From: Eledone cirrhosa
Lineage: Eukaryota
Reading direction: 5' to 3'
Length of the DNA: 64,000 nt
Assembly: GCA_964016885.1 (NCBI GenBank)
Contig: OZ024742.1
Span: forward strand, 10,230,001-10,294,000
Below are positions 29,801-43,553 of this stretch, in pieces. The notes under the pieces are model-generated. The model was not told where the DNA came from, did no database searches, and saw only the letters and a program-made list of their open reading frames with translations. Numbering within the stretch: position 1 is the first letter of the stretch; each line of letters opens with the position of its first letter. The position numbers and the translations under genes were made by a program.

Positions 29801-32800
29801 TAAAGTGAGGAATTGGGTGAATACTAATAAAGTGAGGAATTGGGTGAATACTAATAAAGTGAGAAATTGGTTGAATACTAATAAAGTGAGGAATTGGTTG
29901 AATACTAATAAAGTGAGGGATTGGTTGAATACTAATAAAGTGAGGAATTGGGTGAATACTAATAAAGTGAGGAATTGGGTGAATACTAATAAAGTGAGAA
30001 ATTGGTTGAATACTAATAAAGTGAGGGATTGGGTGAATACTAATTAAGTGAGGAATTGGTTGAATACTAATAAAGTGAGGAATTGGGTGAATACTAATAA
30101 AGTGAGGGATTGGTTGAATACTAATAAAGTGAAAGATTGGTTGAATACTAATAAAGTGAGGAATTGGTTGAATACTAATAAAGTGAGGAATTGGTTGAAT
30201 ACTAATAAAGTGAGGGATTGGTTGAATACTAATTAAGTGAGGAATTGGTTGAATACTAATTAAGTGAGGAATTGGTTGAATACTAATAAAGTGAGGAATT
30301 GGTTGAATACTAATAAAGTGAGGGATTGGGTGAATACTAATAAAGTGAGGAATTGGTTGAATACTAATAAAGTGAGAAATTGGTTGAATACTAATAAAGT
30401 GAGGAATTGGTTGAATACTAATAAAGTGAGGGGTTGGGTGAATACTAATAAAGTGAGTAATTGGGTGAATACTAATAAAGTGAGGAATTGGGTGAATACT
30501 AATAAAGTGAGGGATTGGTTGAATACTAATAAAGTGAGGAATTGGGTGAATACTAATAAAGTGAGGAATTGGTTGAATACTTATAAAGTGAGGAATTGGT
30601 TGAATACTAATAAAGTGAGGAATTGGTTGAATACTAATAAAGTGAGAAATTGGTTGAATACTAATAAAGTGAGGAATTGGTTGAATACTAATAAAGTGAG
30701 GGATTGGGTGAATACTAATAAAGTGAGGAATTAGTTGAATACTAATAAAGTGAGGAATTGGTTGAATACTAATAAAGTGAGGAATTGGTTGAATACTAAT
30801 AAAGTGAGGAATTGGTTGAATACTAATAAAGTGAGGAATTGGTTGAATACTAATAAAGTGAAGAATTGGTTGAATACTAATAAAGTGAGGAATTGGTTGA
30901 ATACTAATAAAGTGAGGGATTGGTTGAGTACTAATAAAGTGAGAAATTGGGTGAATACTAATAAAGTGAGGAATTCGGTGAATACTAATAAAGTGAGGAA
31001 TTGGTTGAATACTAATAAAGTGAGAAATTGGGTGAATACTAATAAAGTGAGGAATTGGTTGAATACTAATAAAGTGAGGAATTGGGTGAATACTAATAAA
31101 GTGAGGAATTAGTTGAATACTAATAAAGTGAGGAATTGGTTGAATACTAATAAAGTGAGGAATTGGTTGAATACTTAATAAAGTGAGGAATTGGTTGAAT
31201 AGTAATAAAGTGAGGAATTGGTTGAATACTAATAAAGTGAGGAATTGGTTGAATACTAATAAAGTGAGGGATTGGGTGAATACTAATAAAGTGAGGGATT
31301 GGGTGAATACTAATAAAGTGAGAAATTGGGTTGAATACTAATAAAGTGAGGAATTGGTTGAATACTAATAAAGTGAGTGATTGGTTGAATACTAATAAAG
31401 TGAGGAATTGGTTGAATACTAATAAAGTGAGGAATTGGTTGAATACTAATAAAGTGAGGGATTGGTTGAATACTAATAAAGTGAGGGATTGGTTGAATAC
31501 TAATAAAGTGAGGGATTGGTTGAATACTAATAAAGTGAGGAATTGGTTGAATACTAATAAAGTGAGGTATTGGTTGAATACTAATAAAGTGAGGAATAGG
31601 TTGAATACAAATAAAGTGAGGGATTGGGTGAATACTAATAAAGTGAGGAATTGGTTGAATACTAATAAAGTGAGGGATTGGGTGAATACTAATAAAGTGA
31701 GGAATAGGTTGAATACTAATAAAGTGATGGATTGGGTGAATACTAATAAAGTGAAGAATTGGTTGAATACTAATAAAGTGAGGGATTGGGTGAATACTAA
31801 TAAAGTGAGGAATAGGTTGAATACTAATAAAGTGAGGGATTGGGTGAATACTAATAAAGTGAGGAATTGGGTGAATACTAATAAAGTGAGGAATAGGTTG
31901 AATACTAATAAAGTGAGGGATTGGGTGAATACTAATAAAGTGAGGGATTGGGTGAATACTAATAAAGTGAGGAATAGGTTGAATACTAATAAAGTGAGGG
32001 ATTGGGTGAATACTAATAAAGTGAGGAATTGGTTGAATACTAATAAAGTGAGGGATTGTCTGAATACTAATAAAGTGTGGAATTGGGTGAATACTAATAA
32101 AGTGAGGAATTGGGTGAATACTAATAAAGTGAGGAATAGGTTGAATACTAATAATGTGAGGGATTGGGTGAATACTAATAAAGTGAGGAATTGGGTGAAT
32201 ACTAATAAAGTGAGGAATTGGTTGAATACTAATAAAGTGAGGGATTGGGTGAATACTAATAATGTGAGGAATTGGGTGAATACTAATAAATTGAGGAATA
32301 GGTTGAATACTAATAAAGTGAGGAATTGGGTGAATACTAATAAAGTGAGGGATTGGGTGAATACTAATAAAGTGAGGAATTGGGTAAATACTAATAAAGT
32401 GAGGAATTGGGTGAATACTAATAAAGTGAGGGATTGGGTGAATACTAATAAAGTGAGGAAAAGGTTGAATACTAATAAAGTGAGGAATTGGGTGAATACT
32501 AATAAAGTGAGGAATTGGGTGAATACTAATAAAGTGAGGGATTGGTTTGATACTAATAAAGTGAGGAATTGGGTGAATACTAATAAAGTGAGGAATTGGT
32601 TTGATACTAATAAAGGGAGGAATTGGGTGAATACTAATAAAGTGAGGAAATGGTTGAATACTAATAAAGTGAGGAATAGGTTGAATACTAATAAAGTGAG
32701 GAATTGGTTGAATACTAATAAAGTGAGGAATTGGTTGAATACTAATAAAGTGAGAAATTGGTTGAATACTAATAAAATGAGGAATTGGGTGAATACTAAT

Positions 32801-35800
32801 AAAGTGAGGGATTGGGTGAATACTAATAAAGTGAGGAATTGGTTGAATACTAATAAAGTGAGGGATTGGGTGAATACTAATAAAGTGAGGGATTGGGTGA
32901 ATACTAATAAAGTGAGGAATTGGTTAAATACTAATAAAGTGAGGAATAGGTTGAATACTAATAAAGTGAGGGATTGGGTGAATACTAATAAAGTGAGGAA
33001 TTGGGTGAATACTAATAAAGTGAGGAATTGGGTGAATACTAATAAAGTGAGGAATTGGGTGAATACTAATAAAGTGAGGAATTGGTTGAATACTAATAAA
33101 GTGAGAAATTGGTTGAATACTAATAAAATGAGGAATTGGGTGAATACTAATAAAGTGAGGGATAGGGTGAATACTAATAAAGTGAGGAATTGGGTGAATA
33201 CTAATAAAGTGAGGGATTGGTTTGATACTAATAAAGTGAGGAATTGGGTGAATACTAATAAAGTGAGGAATTGGTTTGATACTAATAAAGGGAGGAATTG
33301 GGTGAATACTAATAAAGTGAGGAATTGGTTGAATACTAATAAAGTGAGGAATAGGTTGAATACTAATAAAGTGAGGAATTGGTTGAATACTAATAAAGTG
33401 AGGAATTGGGTGAATACTAATAAAGTGAGGAATTGGTTGAATACTAATAAAGTGAGGAATAGGTTGAATACTAATAAAGTGAGGAATTGGTTGAATACTA
33501 ATAAAGTGAGGAATTGGTTGAATACTAATAAAGTGAGGGATTGGGTGAATACTAATAAAGTGAGGCATTGGGTGAATACTAATAAAGTGAGGAATTGGTT
33601 GAATACTAATAAAGTGAGGGATTGGTTGAATAGTAATAAAGTGAGGAATTGGGTGAATACTAATAAAGTGAAGGATTGGGTGAATACTAATAAAGTGAGG
33701 AATTGGTTGAATACTAATAAAGTGAGGAATTGGGTGAATACTAATAAAGTGAGGAATTGGGTGAATACTAATAAAGTGAGGAATTGGGTGAATACTAATA
33801 AAGTGAGGAATTGGTTGAATACTAATAAAGTGATAAATTGGTTGAATACTAATAAAGTGAGGAATAGGTTGAATACTAATAAAGTGAGGAATTGGTTGAA
33901 TACTAATAAAGTGAGGAATTGGGTGAATACTAATAAAGTGAGGAATAGGTTGAATACTAATAAAGTGAGGAATTGGGTGAATACTAATAAAGTGAGGAAT
34001 TGGGTGAATACTAATATAGTGAGGAATTGGTTGAATACTAATAAAGTGAGGAATTGGTTGAATACTAATAAAGTGAGGGATTGGGTGAATACTAATAAAG
34101 TGAGGAATTGGGTGAATACTAATAAAGTGAGGAATTGGGTGAATACTAATAACGTGAGGAATTGGGTGAATACTAACAAAGTGAGTAATTGGGTGAATAC
34201 TAATAAAGTGAGGAATTGGGTGAATACTAATAAAGTGAGGAATTGGGTGAATACTAATAAAGTGAGAAATTGGTTGAATACTAATAAAGTGAGGAATTGG
34301 TTGAATACTAATAAAGTGAGGGATTGGGTGAATACTAATAAAGTGAGGAATTGGTTGAATACTAATAAAGTGAGAAATTGGTTGAATACTAATAAAGTGA
34401 GGAATTGGTTGAATACTAATAAAGTGAGGGATTGGGTGAATACTAATAAAGTGAGTAATTGGGTGAATACTAATAAAGTGAGGAATTGGGTGAATACTAA
34501 TAAAGTGAGGGATTGGTTGAATACTAATAAAGTGAGGAATTGGGTGAATACTAATAAAGTGAGGAATTGGTTGAATACTAATAAAGTGAGGAATTGGTTG
34601 AATACTAATAAAGTGAGGAATTGGTTGAATACTAATAAAGTGAGAAATTGGTTGAATACTAATAAAGTGAGGAATTGGTTGAATACTAATAAAGTGAGGG
34701 ATTGGTTGAATACTAATAAAGTGAGTAATTGGTTGAATACTAATAAAGTGAAGAATTGGTTGAATACTAATAAAGTGAGGAATTGGTTGAATACTAATAA
34801 AGTGAGGGATTGGTTGAATACTAATAAAGTGAGAAATTGGGTGAATACTAATAAAGTGAGGAATTGGGTGAATACTAATAAAGTGAGGAATTGGTTGAAT
34901 ACTAATAAAGTGAGAAATTGGGTGAATACTAATAAAGTGAGGAATTGGTTGAATACTAATAAAGTGAGGAATTGGGTGAATACTAATAAAGTGAGGAATT
35001 GGTTGAATACTAATAAAGTGAGGAATTGGTTGAATACTAATAAAGTGAGGAATTGGTTGAATACTAATAAAGTGAGGAATTGGTTGAATACTAATAAAGT
35101 GAGGGATTGGGTGAATACTAATAAAGTGAGGGATTGGGTGAATACTAATAAAGTGAGAAATTGGGTTGAATACTAATAAAGTGAGGAATTGGTTGAATAC
35201 TAATAAAGTGAGTGATTGGTTGAATACTAATAAAGTGAGGAATTGGTTGAATACTAATAAAGTGAGGAATTGGTTGAATACTAATAAAGTGAGGGATTGG
35301 TTGAATACTAATAAAGTGAGGGATTGGTTGATTACTAATAAAGTGAGGAATTGGTTGAATACTAATAAAGTGAGGAATTGGTTGAATACTAATAAAGTGA
35401 GGAATTGGTTGAATACTAATAACGTGAGGAATTGGTTGAATACTAATAAAGTGAGGGATTGGTTGAATACTAATAAAGTGAGGAATTGGTTGAATACTAA
35501 TAAAGTGAGGGATTGGGTGAATACTAATAAAGTGAGAAATTGGGTTGAATACTAATAACGTGAGGAATTGGGTGAATACTAATAAAGTGAGAAATTGGGT
35601 TGAATACTAATAAAGTGAGGAATTGGTTGAATACTAATAAAGTGAGAAATTGGTTGAATACTAATAAAGTGAGAAATTGGTTGAATACTAATAAAGTGAG
35701 AAATTGGGTGAATACTAATAAAGTGAGGGATTGGGTGAATACTAATAAAGTGAGGAATTGGGTGAATACTAACAAAGTGAGGAATTGGTTGAATACTAAT

Positions 35801-37522
35801 AAAGTGAGGAATTGGTTTGATACTAATAAAGGGAGGAATTGGTTTGATACTAATAAAGGGAGGAATTGGGTGAATACTAATAAAGTGATAAATTGGTTGA
35901 ATACTAATAAAGTGAGGAATAGGTTGAATACTAATAAAGTGAGGAATTGGTTGAATACTAATAAAGTGAGGAATTGGGTGAATACTAATAAAGTGAGTAA
36001 TTGGTTGAATACTAATAAAGTGAGAAATTGGTTGAATACTAATAAAGTGAGGAATTGGTTGAATACTAATAAAGTGAGGAATAGGTTGAATACTAATAAA
36101 GTGAGGAATTGGTTGAATACTAATAAAGTGAGGAATTGGGTGAATACTAATAAAGTGAGGAATTGGTTGAATACTAATAAAGTGAGAAATTGGTTGAATA
36201 CTAATAAAGTGAGGAATTGGGTGAATACTAATAAAGTGAGGAATTGGGTGAATACTAATAAAGTGAGAAATTGGTTGAATACTAATAAAGTGAGGAATTG
36301 GTTGAATACTAATAAAGTGAGGGATTGGTTGAATACTAATAAAGTGAGGAATTGGGTGAATACTAATAAAGTGAAGAATTGGGTGAATACTAATAAAGTG
36401 AGAAATTGGTTGAATACTAATAAAGTGAGGGATTGGGTGAATACTAATTAAGTGAGGAATTGGTTGAATACTAATAAAGTGAGGAATTGGGTGAATACTA
36501 ATAAAGTGAGGGATTGGTTGAATACTAATAAAGTGAGGGATTGGTTGAATACTAATAAAGTGAGGAATTGATTGAATACTAATTAAGTGAGGAATTGGTT
36601 GAATACTAATAAAGTGAGGAATTGGTTGAATACTAATAAAGTGAGGGATTGGTTGAATACTAATAAAGTGAGGGATTGGTTGAATACTAATAAAGTGAAA
36701 GATTGGTTGAATACTAATAAAGTGAGGAATTGGGTGAATACTAATAAAGTGAGGAATTGGTTGAATACTAATAAAGTGAGGGATTGGTTGAATACTAATT
36801 AAGTGAGGAATTGGTTGAATACTAATTAAGTGAGGAATTGGTTGAATACTAATAAAGTGAGGAATTGGGTGAATACTAATAAAGTGAGGGATTGGTTGAA
36901 TACTAATAAAGTGAGGGATTGGTTGAATACTAATAAAGTGAGGAATTGGTTGAATACTAATTAAGTGAGGAATTGGTTGAATACTAATAAAGTGAGGAAT
37001 TGGTTGAATACTAATAAAGTGAGGGATTGGTTGAATACTAATTAAGTGAGGAATTGGTTGAATACTAATTAAGTGAGGAATTGGTTGAATACTAATAAAG
37101 TGAGGAATTGGGTGAATACTAATAAAGTGAGGGATTTTTTGAATACTAATAAAGTGAGGGATTGGTTGAATACTAATAAAGTGAGGAATTGGTTGAATAC
37201 TAATTAAGTGAGGAATTGGTTGAATACTAATAAAGTGAGGAATTGGTTGAATACTAATAAAGTGAGGGATTGGTTGAATACTAATAAAGTGAGGGATTGG
37301 TTGAATACTAATAAAGTGAGGGATTGGTTGAATACTAATAAAGTGAGGAATTGGTTGAATACTAATAAAGTGAGGGATTGGGTGAATACTAATAAAGTGA
37401 GGAATTGGGTGAATACTAATAAAGTGAGGAATTGGTTGAATACTAATAAAGTGAGGAATTGGGTGAATACTAATAAAGTGAGGAATTGGTTGAATACTAA
37501 TAAAGTGAGGGTTTGGGTGAAT
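5816..37522. repeat. 27-bp satellite, ~1,170 copies (AATACTAATAAAGTGAGGRATWGGKTG)
   Basis: Uninterrupted tandem array. The main variants are GGAATTGGGT, GGGATTGGGT, GGAATAGGTT and GGAATTGGTT. Confidence 0.99.
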
Positions 37523-37636
37523 CGTTGCAGCATTGAAGAGAATATCTTGCAGTATTTGGTCGGTTTCTTTGCTCTCTGAATTCAAATCCTGGCAATGTTA
37601 AGTTTACCTTTCGTACAATTATGGTCGATAAAATAT
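37503..37636 (+). mobile_element. Degenerate SINE family A whose 5' head overlaps the last 27-bp unit
   Basis: GGGTGAATCGTTGCAGCA..CTTGCAGTATTT..CTCTGAATTCAAATCC..GTTAAGTTTACCTTTCGT..GGTCGATAAAAT aligns by eye with the copies at 43931 and 63725. Confidence 0.7.
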
Positions 37637-38077
37637 ATCACGAGGCCGGAATTTCTTCCGCAGACATAAGATTGAAAATATTATTAAGAAAGGATTTACT
37701 TTAAAAAATAATAGTTTTAGCTGCAAGAAATCGATATTCTTATGATCGATATTTTAGTGGACTTAATCCTGTATTGATTTCTTTTACTTTCTTTTAAAAA
37801 AATCTTGATCGATTCTGACCAGGAATCCTGCGATAAGTGTCTAACTATTGGCAATATTTCTGGAAACATCAATGAAATCCATGGATGTATTGCATGAATT
37901 ATGAATAACCTTCATTTGTTCTTTAACTCTTCATCAATACTTCGTAATCCTGGTTAAGATTGAGTCAATTGTTTGCTTTATTGAAATCAACATTTTTCCT
38001 GCTTTCAGTGATGTAAGGATTATTTATATTGAATTTGAATTCAGAGGCGGAAAACTGGATTGGAATTAAAGAATAGA

Positions 38078-41000
38078 AGAGGGTGATGTTGTAGTTGAGG
38101 TTTTAGGCCCTAGTCAGCTGTGATTGAACAACCCTATAATAGAGGGTGATGTTGTAGTTGAGGTTTTAGGCCCTGGTCAGCTGTGATTGAACAACCCTAT
38201 AATAGAGGGTGTTGTTGTAGTTGAGGTTTTAGGCCCTGGTCAGCTGTGATTGAACAACCCTATAATAGAGGGTGATGTTGTAGTTGAGGTTTTAGGCCCT
38301 GGTCAGCTGTAATTGAACAACACTATAATAGAGGGTGTTGTTGTAGTTGAGGTTTTAGGCCCTGGTCAGCTGTGATTGAACAACCCTATAATAGAGGGTG
38401 ATGTTGTAGTTGAGGTTTTAGGCCCTGGTCAGCTGTGATTGAACAACCCTATAATAGAGGTTGTTGTTGTAGTAGAGATGTTAGGCCCTGGTCAGCTGTA
38501 ATTGAACAACCCTATAAAAGAGGGAGTTGTTGTAGTTGAGGTTTTAGGCCCTGGTCAGCTGTAATTGAACAACCCTATAAAAGAGGGAGTTGTTGCAGTT
38601 GAGGTTTTAGGCCCTGGTCAGCTGTGATTGAACAACCCTATAATAGAGGTTGTTGTTGTAGTAGAGATGTTAGGCCCTGGTCAGCTGTGATTGAACAACC
38701 CTATAATAGAGGGTGATGTTGTAGTTGAGGTTTTAGGCCCTGGTCAGCTGTGATTGAACAACCCTATAATAGAGGGTGTTGTTGTAGTTGAGGTTTTAGG
38801 TCCTGGTCAGCTGTGATTGAACAACCCTATAATAGAGGGTGTTGTTGTAGTTGAGGTTTTAGGCCCTGGTCAGCTGTGATTGAACAACCCTATAATAGAG
38901 GGGGTTGATGCAGTTGAGGTTTTAGGCCCTGGTCAGCTGTGATTGAACAACCCTATAATAGAGGGTGTTGTTGCAGTTGAGGTTTTAGGCCCTGGTCAGC
39001 TGTGATTGAACAACCCTATAATAGAGGGTGTTGTTGCAGTTGAGGTTTTAGGCCCTGATCAGCTGTGATTGAACAACCCTATAATAGAGGGTGTTGTTGT
39101 AGTTGAGGTTTTAGGCCCTGGTCAGCTGTGATTGAACAACCCTATAATAGAGGGGGTTGATGCAGTTGAGGTTTTAGGCCCTGGTCAGCTGTGATTGAAC
39201 AACCCTATAATAGAGGGTGTTGTTGCAGTTGAGGTTTTAGGCCCTGGTCAGCTGTGATTGAACAACCCTATAATAGAGGGTGTTGTTGTAGTTGAGGTTT
39301 TAGGCCTTGGTCAGCTGTGATTGAACAACCCTATAATAGAGGGTGATGATGCAGTTGAGGTTTTAGGTCCAGGTCAGCTGTGATTGAACAACCCTATAAT
39401 AGAGGCTGTTGTTGTAGTTGAGGTTTTAGGCCCTGGTCAGCTGTGATTGAACAACCCTATAATAGAGGGTGTTGTTGTAGTAGAGATGTTAGGCCCTGGT
39501 CAGCTGTGATTGAACAACCCTATAATAGAGGGTGTTGTTGCAGTTGAGGTTTTAGGTCCTGGTCAGCTGTGATTGAACAACCCTATAATAGAGGGTGTTG
39601 TTGTAGTTGAGGTTTTAGGCCCTGGTCAGCTGTGATTGAACAACCCTATAATAGAGGGTGATGATGCAGTTGAGGTTTTAGGCCCTGGTCAGCTGTGATT
39701 GAACAACCCTATAATAGAGGCTGTTGTTGTAGTTGAGGTTTTAGGTCCTGGTCAGCTGTGATTGAACAACCCTATAATAGAGGGTGATGATGCAGTTGAG
39801 GTTTTAGGTCCTGGTCAGCTGTGATTGAACAACCCTATAATAGAGGCTGTTGTTGTAGTTGAGGTTTTAGGCCCTGGTCAGCTGTGATTGAACAACCCTA
39901 TAATAGAGGCTGTTGTTGTAGTTGAGGTTTTAGGCCCTGGTCAGCTGTGATTGAACAACCCTATAATAGAGGCTGTTGTTGTAGTTGAGGTTTTAGGTCC
40001 TGGTCAGCTGTGATTGAACAACCCTATAATAGAGGGTGATGATGCAGTTGAGGTTTTAGGTCCTGGTCAGCTGTGATTGAACAACCCTATAATAGAGGCT
40101 GTTGTTGTAGTTGAGGTTTTAGGCCCTGGTCAGCTGTGATTGAACAACCCTATAATAGAGGCTGTTGTTGTAGTTGAGGTTTTAGGCCCTGGTCAGCTGT
40201 GATTGAACAACCCTATAATAGAGGGTGTTGTTGTAGTTGAGGTTTTAGGCCCTGGTCAGCTGTGATTGAACAACCCTATAATAGAGGCTGTTGTTGTAGT
40301 TGAGGTTTTAGGTCCTGGTCAGCTGTGATTGAACAACCCTATAATAGAGGGTGTTGTTGTAGTTGAGGTTTTAGGTCCTGGTCAGCTGTGATTGAACAAC
40401 CCTATAATAGAGGCTGTTGTTGTAGTTGAGGTTTTAGGTCCTGGTCAGCTGTGATTGAACAACCCTATAATAGAGGCTGTTGTTGTAGTTGAGGTTTTAG
40501 GTCCTGGTCAGCTGTGATTGAACAACCCTATAATAGAGGCTGTTGTTGTAGTTGAGGTTTTAGGTCCTGGTCAGCTGTGATTGAACAACCCTATAATAGA
40601 GGCTGTTGTTGTAGTTGAGGTTTTAGGTCCTGGTCAGCTGTGATTGAACAACCCTATAATAGAGGCTGTTGTTGTAGTTGAGGTTTTAGGCCCTGGTCAA
40701 CTGTGATTGAACAACCCTATAATAGAGGGTGTTGTTGCAGTTGAGGTTTTAGGCCCTGGTCAGCTGTGATTGAACAACCCTATAATAGAGGGTGTTGTTG
40801 TAGTTGAGGTTTTAGGCCCTGGTCAGCTGTGATTGAACAACCCTATAATAGAGGGTGTTGTTGCAGTTGAGATTTTAGGCCCTGGTCAGCTGTGATTGAA
40901 CAACCCTATAATAGAGGGTGTTGTTGCAGTTGAGGTTTTAGGCCCTGGTCAGCTGTGATTGAACAACCCTATAATAGAGGGTGTTGTTGCAGTTGAGGTT

Positions 41001-43553
41001 TTAGGTCCTGGTCAGCTGTGATTGAACAACCCTATAATAGAGGGTGTTGTTGCAGTTGAGGTTTTAGGTCCTGGTCAGCTGTGATTGAACAACCCTATAA
41101 TAGAGGGCGTTGTTGTAGTTGAGGTTTTAGGTCCTGGTCAGCTGTGATTGAACAACCCTATAATAGAGGGTGTAAATGCAGTTGAGGTTTTAGGCCTGGT
41201 CAGCTGTGATGGAACAACCCTATAATAGAGGGTGTTGTTGTAGTAGAGATGTTAGGTCCTGGTCAGCTGTGATTGAACAACCCTATAATAGAGGGTGTTG
41301 TTGTAGTTGAGGTTTTAGGTCCTGGTCAGCTGTGATTGAACAACCCTATAATAGAGGGTGTTGTTGCAGTTGAGGTTTTAGGTCCTGGTCAGCTGAGATT
41401 GAACAACCCTATAATAGAGGGTGTTAATGCAGTTGAGGTTTTAGGCCTGGTCAGCTGTGATGGAACAACCCTATAATAGAGGGTGTTGTTGTAGTTGAGG
41501 TTTTAGGTCCTGGTCAGCTGTGATTGAACAACCCTATAATAGAGGGTGTTGTTGCAGTTGAGGTTTTAGGTCCTGGTCAGCTGAGATTGAACAACCCTAT
41601 AATAGAGGGTGTTAATGCAGTTGAGGTTTTAGGCCTGGTCAGCTGTGATGGAACAACCCTATAATAGAGGGTGTTGTTGTAGTTGAGGTTTTAGGTCCTG
41701 GTCAGCTGTGATTGAACAACCCTATAATAGAGGGTGTTGTTGCAGTTGAGGTTTTAGGTCCTGGTCAGCTGAGATTGAACAACCCTATAATAGAGGGTGT
41801 TAATGCAGTTGAGGTTTTAGGCCTGGTCAGCTGTGATGGAACAACCCTATAATAGAGGGTGTTGTTGTAGTTGAGGTTTTAGGTCCTGGTCAGCTGTGAT
41901 TGAACAACCCTATAATAGAGGGTGTTGTTGCAGTTGAGGTTTTAGGTCCTGGTCAGCTGTGATGGAAAAACCCTATAATAGAGGTTGTTGTTGTAGTAGA
42001 GATGTTAGGCCCTGGTCAGCTGTGATTGAACAACTCTATAATAGAGGGGGTTGATGCAGTTGAGGTTTTAGGTCCTGGTCAGCCGTGATTCAACAACCCT
42101 ATAATAGAGGGTGTTGATGCAGTGAGGTTTTAGGCCTTGGTCAGCTGTCATTGAACAACCCTATAATAGAGGTTGTTGTGGTAGTTGAGGTTTTAGGTCC
42201 TGGTCAGCTGTGATTGAACAACCCTATAATAGAGGGGGTTGATGCAGTTGAGGTTTTAGGTCCTGGTCAGCTGTGATTCAACAACCATATAATAGAGAAG
42301 TGTTGATGCAGTGAGGTTTTAGGCCTTGGTCAGCTGTGATTGAACAACCCTATAATAGAGGGTGTTGATGCAGTTGAGGTTTTAGACCCTGGTCCGCTGG
42401 GATTGAACAACCCTATAATAGAGGGTGTTGTTGTAGTTGAGGTTTTAGGTCCTGGTCAGCTGTGATTGAACAACCCTATAATAGAGGGTGTTGTTGTAGT
42501 TGAGGTTTTAGGTCCTGGTCAGCTGTGATTGAACAACTCTATAATAGAGGGGGTTGATGCAGTTGAGGTTTTAGATCCTGGTCAGCTGTGATTGAACAAT
42601 CCTATAATAGAGGGGGTTGATGCAGTTGAGGTTTTAGGTCCTGGTCAGCTGGGATTGAACAACCCTATAATAGAGGGTGTTGTTTCAGTTGAGGTTTTAG
42701 GTCCTGGTCAGCTGTGATTGAACAACCCTATAATAGAGGGTGTTGTTGTAGTTGAGGTTTTAGGTCCTGGTCAGCTGTGATTGAACAACTCTATAATAGA
42801 GGGTGTTGTTGCAGTTGAGGTTTTAGGTCCTGGTCAGCTGTGATTGAACAACCCTATAATAGAGGCTGTGTATTGCAGTTGAGGTTTTAGGTCCTGGTCA
42901 GCTGTGATTGAACAACCCTATAATAGAGGGTGTTGTTGTAGTTGAGGTTTTAGGTCCTGGTCAGCTGTGATTGAACAACTCTATAATAGAGGGTGTTGTT
43001 GTAGTTGAGGTTTTAGGTCCTGGTCAGCTGTGATTGAACAACCCTATAATAGAGGGTGTTGTTGTAGTTGAGGTTTTAGGTCCTGGTCAGCTGTGATTGA
43101 ACAATCCTATAATAGAGGGGGTTGATGCAGTTGAGGTTTTAGGTCCTGGTCAGCTGTGATTGAACAATCCTATAATAGAGAGGTTGATGCAGTTGAGGTT
43201 TTAGGTCCTGGTCAGCTGTGATTGAACAACCCTATAATAGAGGGTGTTGTTGTAGTTGAGGTTTTAGGTCCTGGTCAGCTGTGATTGAACAACTCTATAA
43301 TAGAGGGTGTTGTTATAGTTGAGGTTTTAGGCCCTGGTCAGCTGTGATTGAACAACCCTATAATAGAGGGGTTTGATGCAGTTGAGGTTTTAGGTCCTGG
43401 TCAGCTGTGATTGAACAACCCTATAATAGAGGGTGTTGTTGCAGTTGAAGTTTTAGGTCCTGGTCAGCTGTGATTGAACAATCCTATAATAGAGGTTGTT
43501 GTTTCAGTTGATGTTTTAGTTCTTGGCCTTCTGTGACAAACAACCCTTTAAAT
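38078..43553. repeat. 63-bp satellite, ~87 copies (AGAGGGTGTTGTTGTAGTTGAGGTTTTAGGCCCTGGTCAGCTGTGATTGAACAACCCTATAAT)
   Basis: Period counted at 38078, 38141 and 38204. Confidence 0.98.

Noticed and set aside
5816-37522. Telomeric or G-quadruplex array
   Set aside because: There are no TTAGGG repeats, and the G-runs are short and separated by long AT linkers.
5833-37585. Giant ORFs of repeated VRNWVNTNK, PHFISIHPI or LTLLVFTQF (up to 2,534 aa)
   Set aside because: A 27-bp period with stop-free frames gives ORFs on both strands automatically. Stops and frameshifts are scattered and there are no unique domains.
37800-38030. Possible decayed LINE RT on the minus strand
   Set aside because: Only a vague SLKAGK-like trace with stops, too weak to call.
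3803-43553. CRISPR-like regular repeats
   Set aside because: The units are head-to-tail with no unique spacers, there are no cas genes, and the context is eukaryotic.
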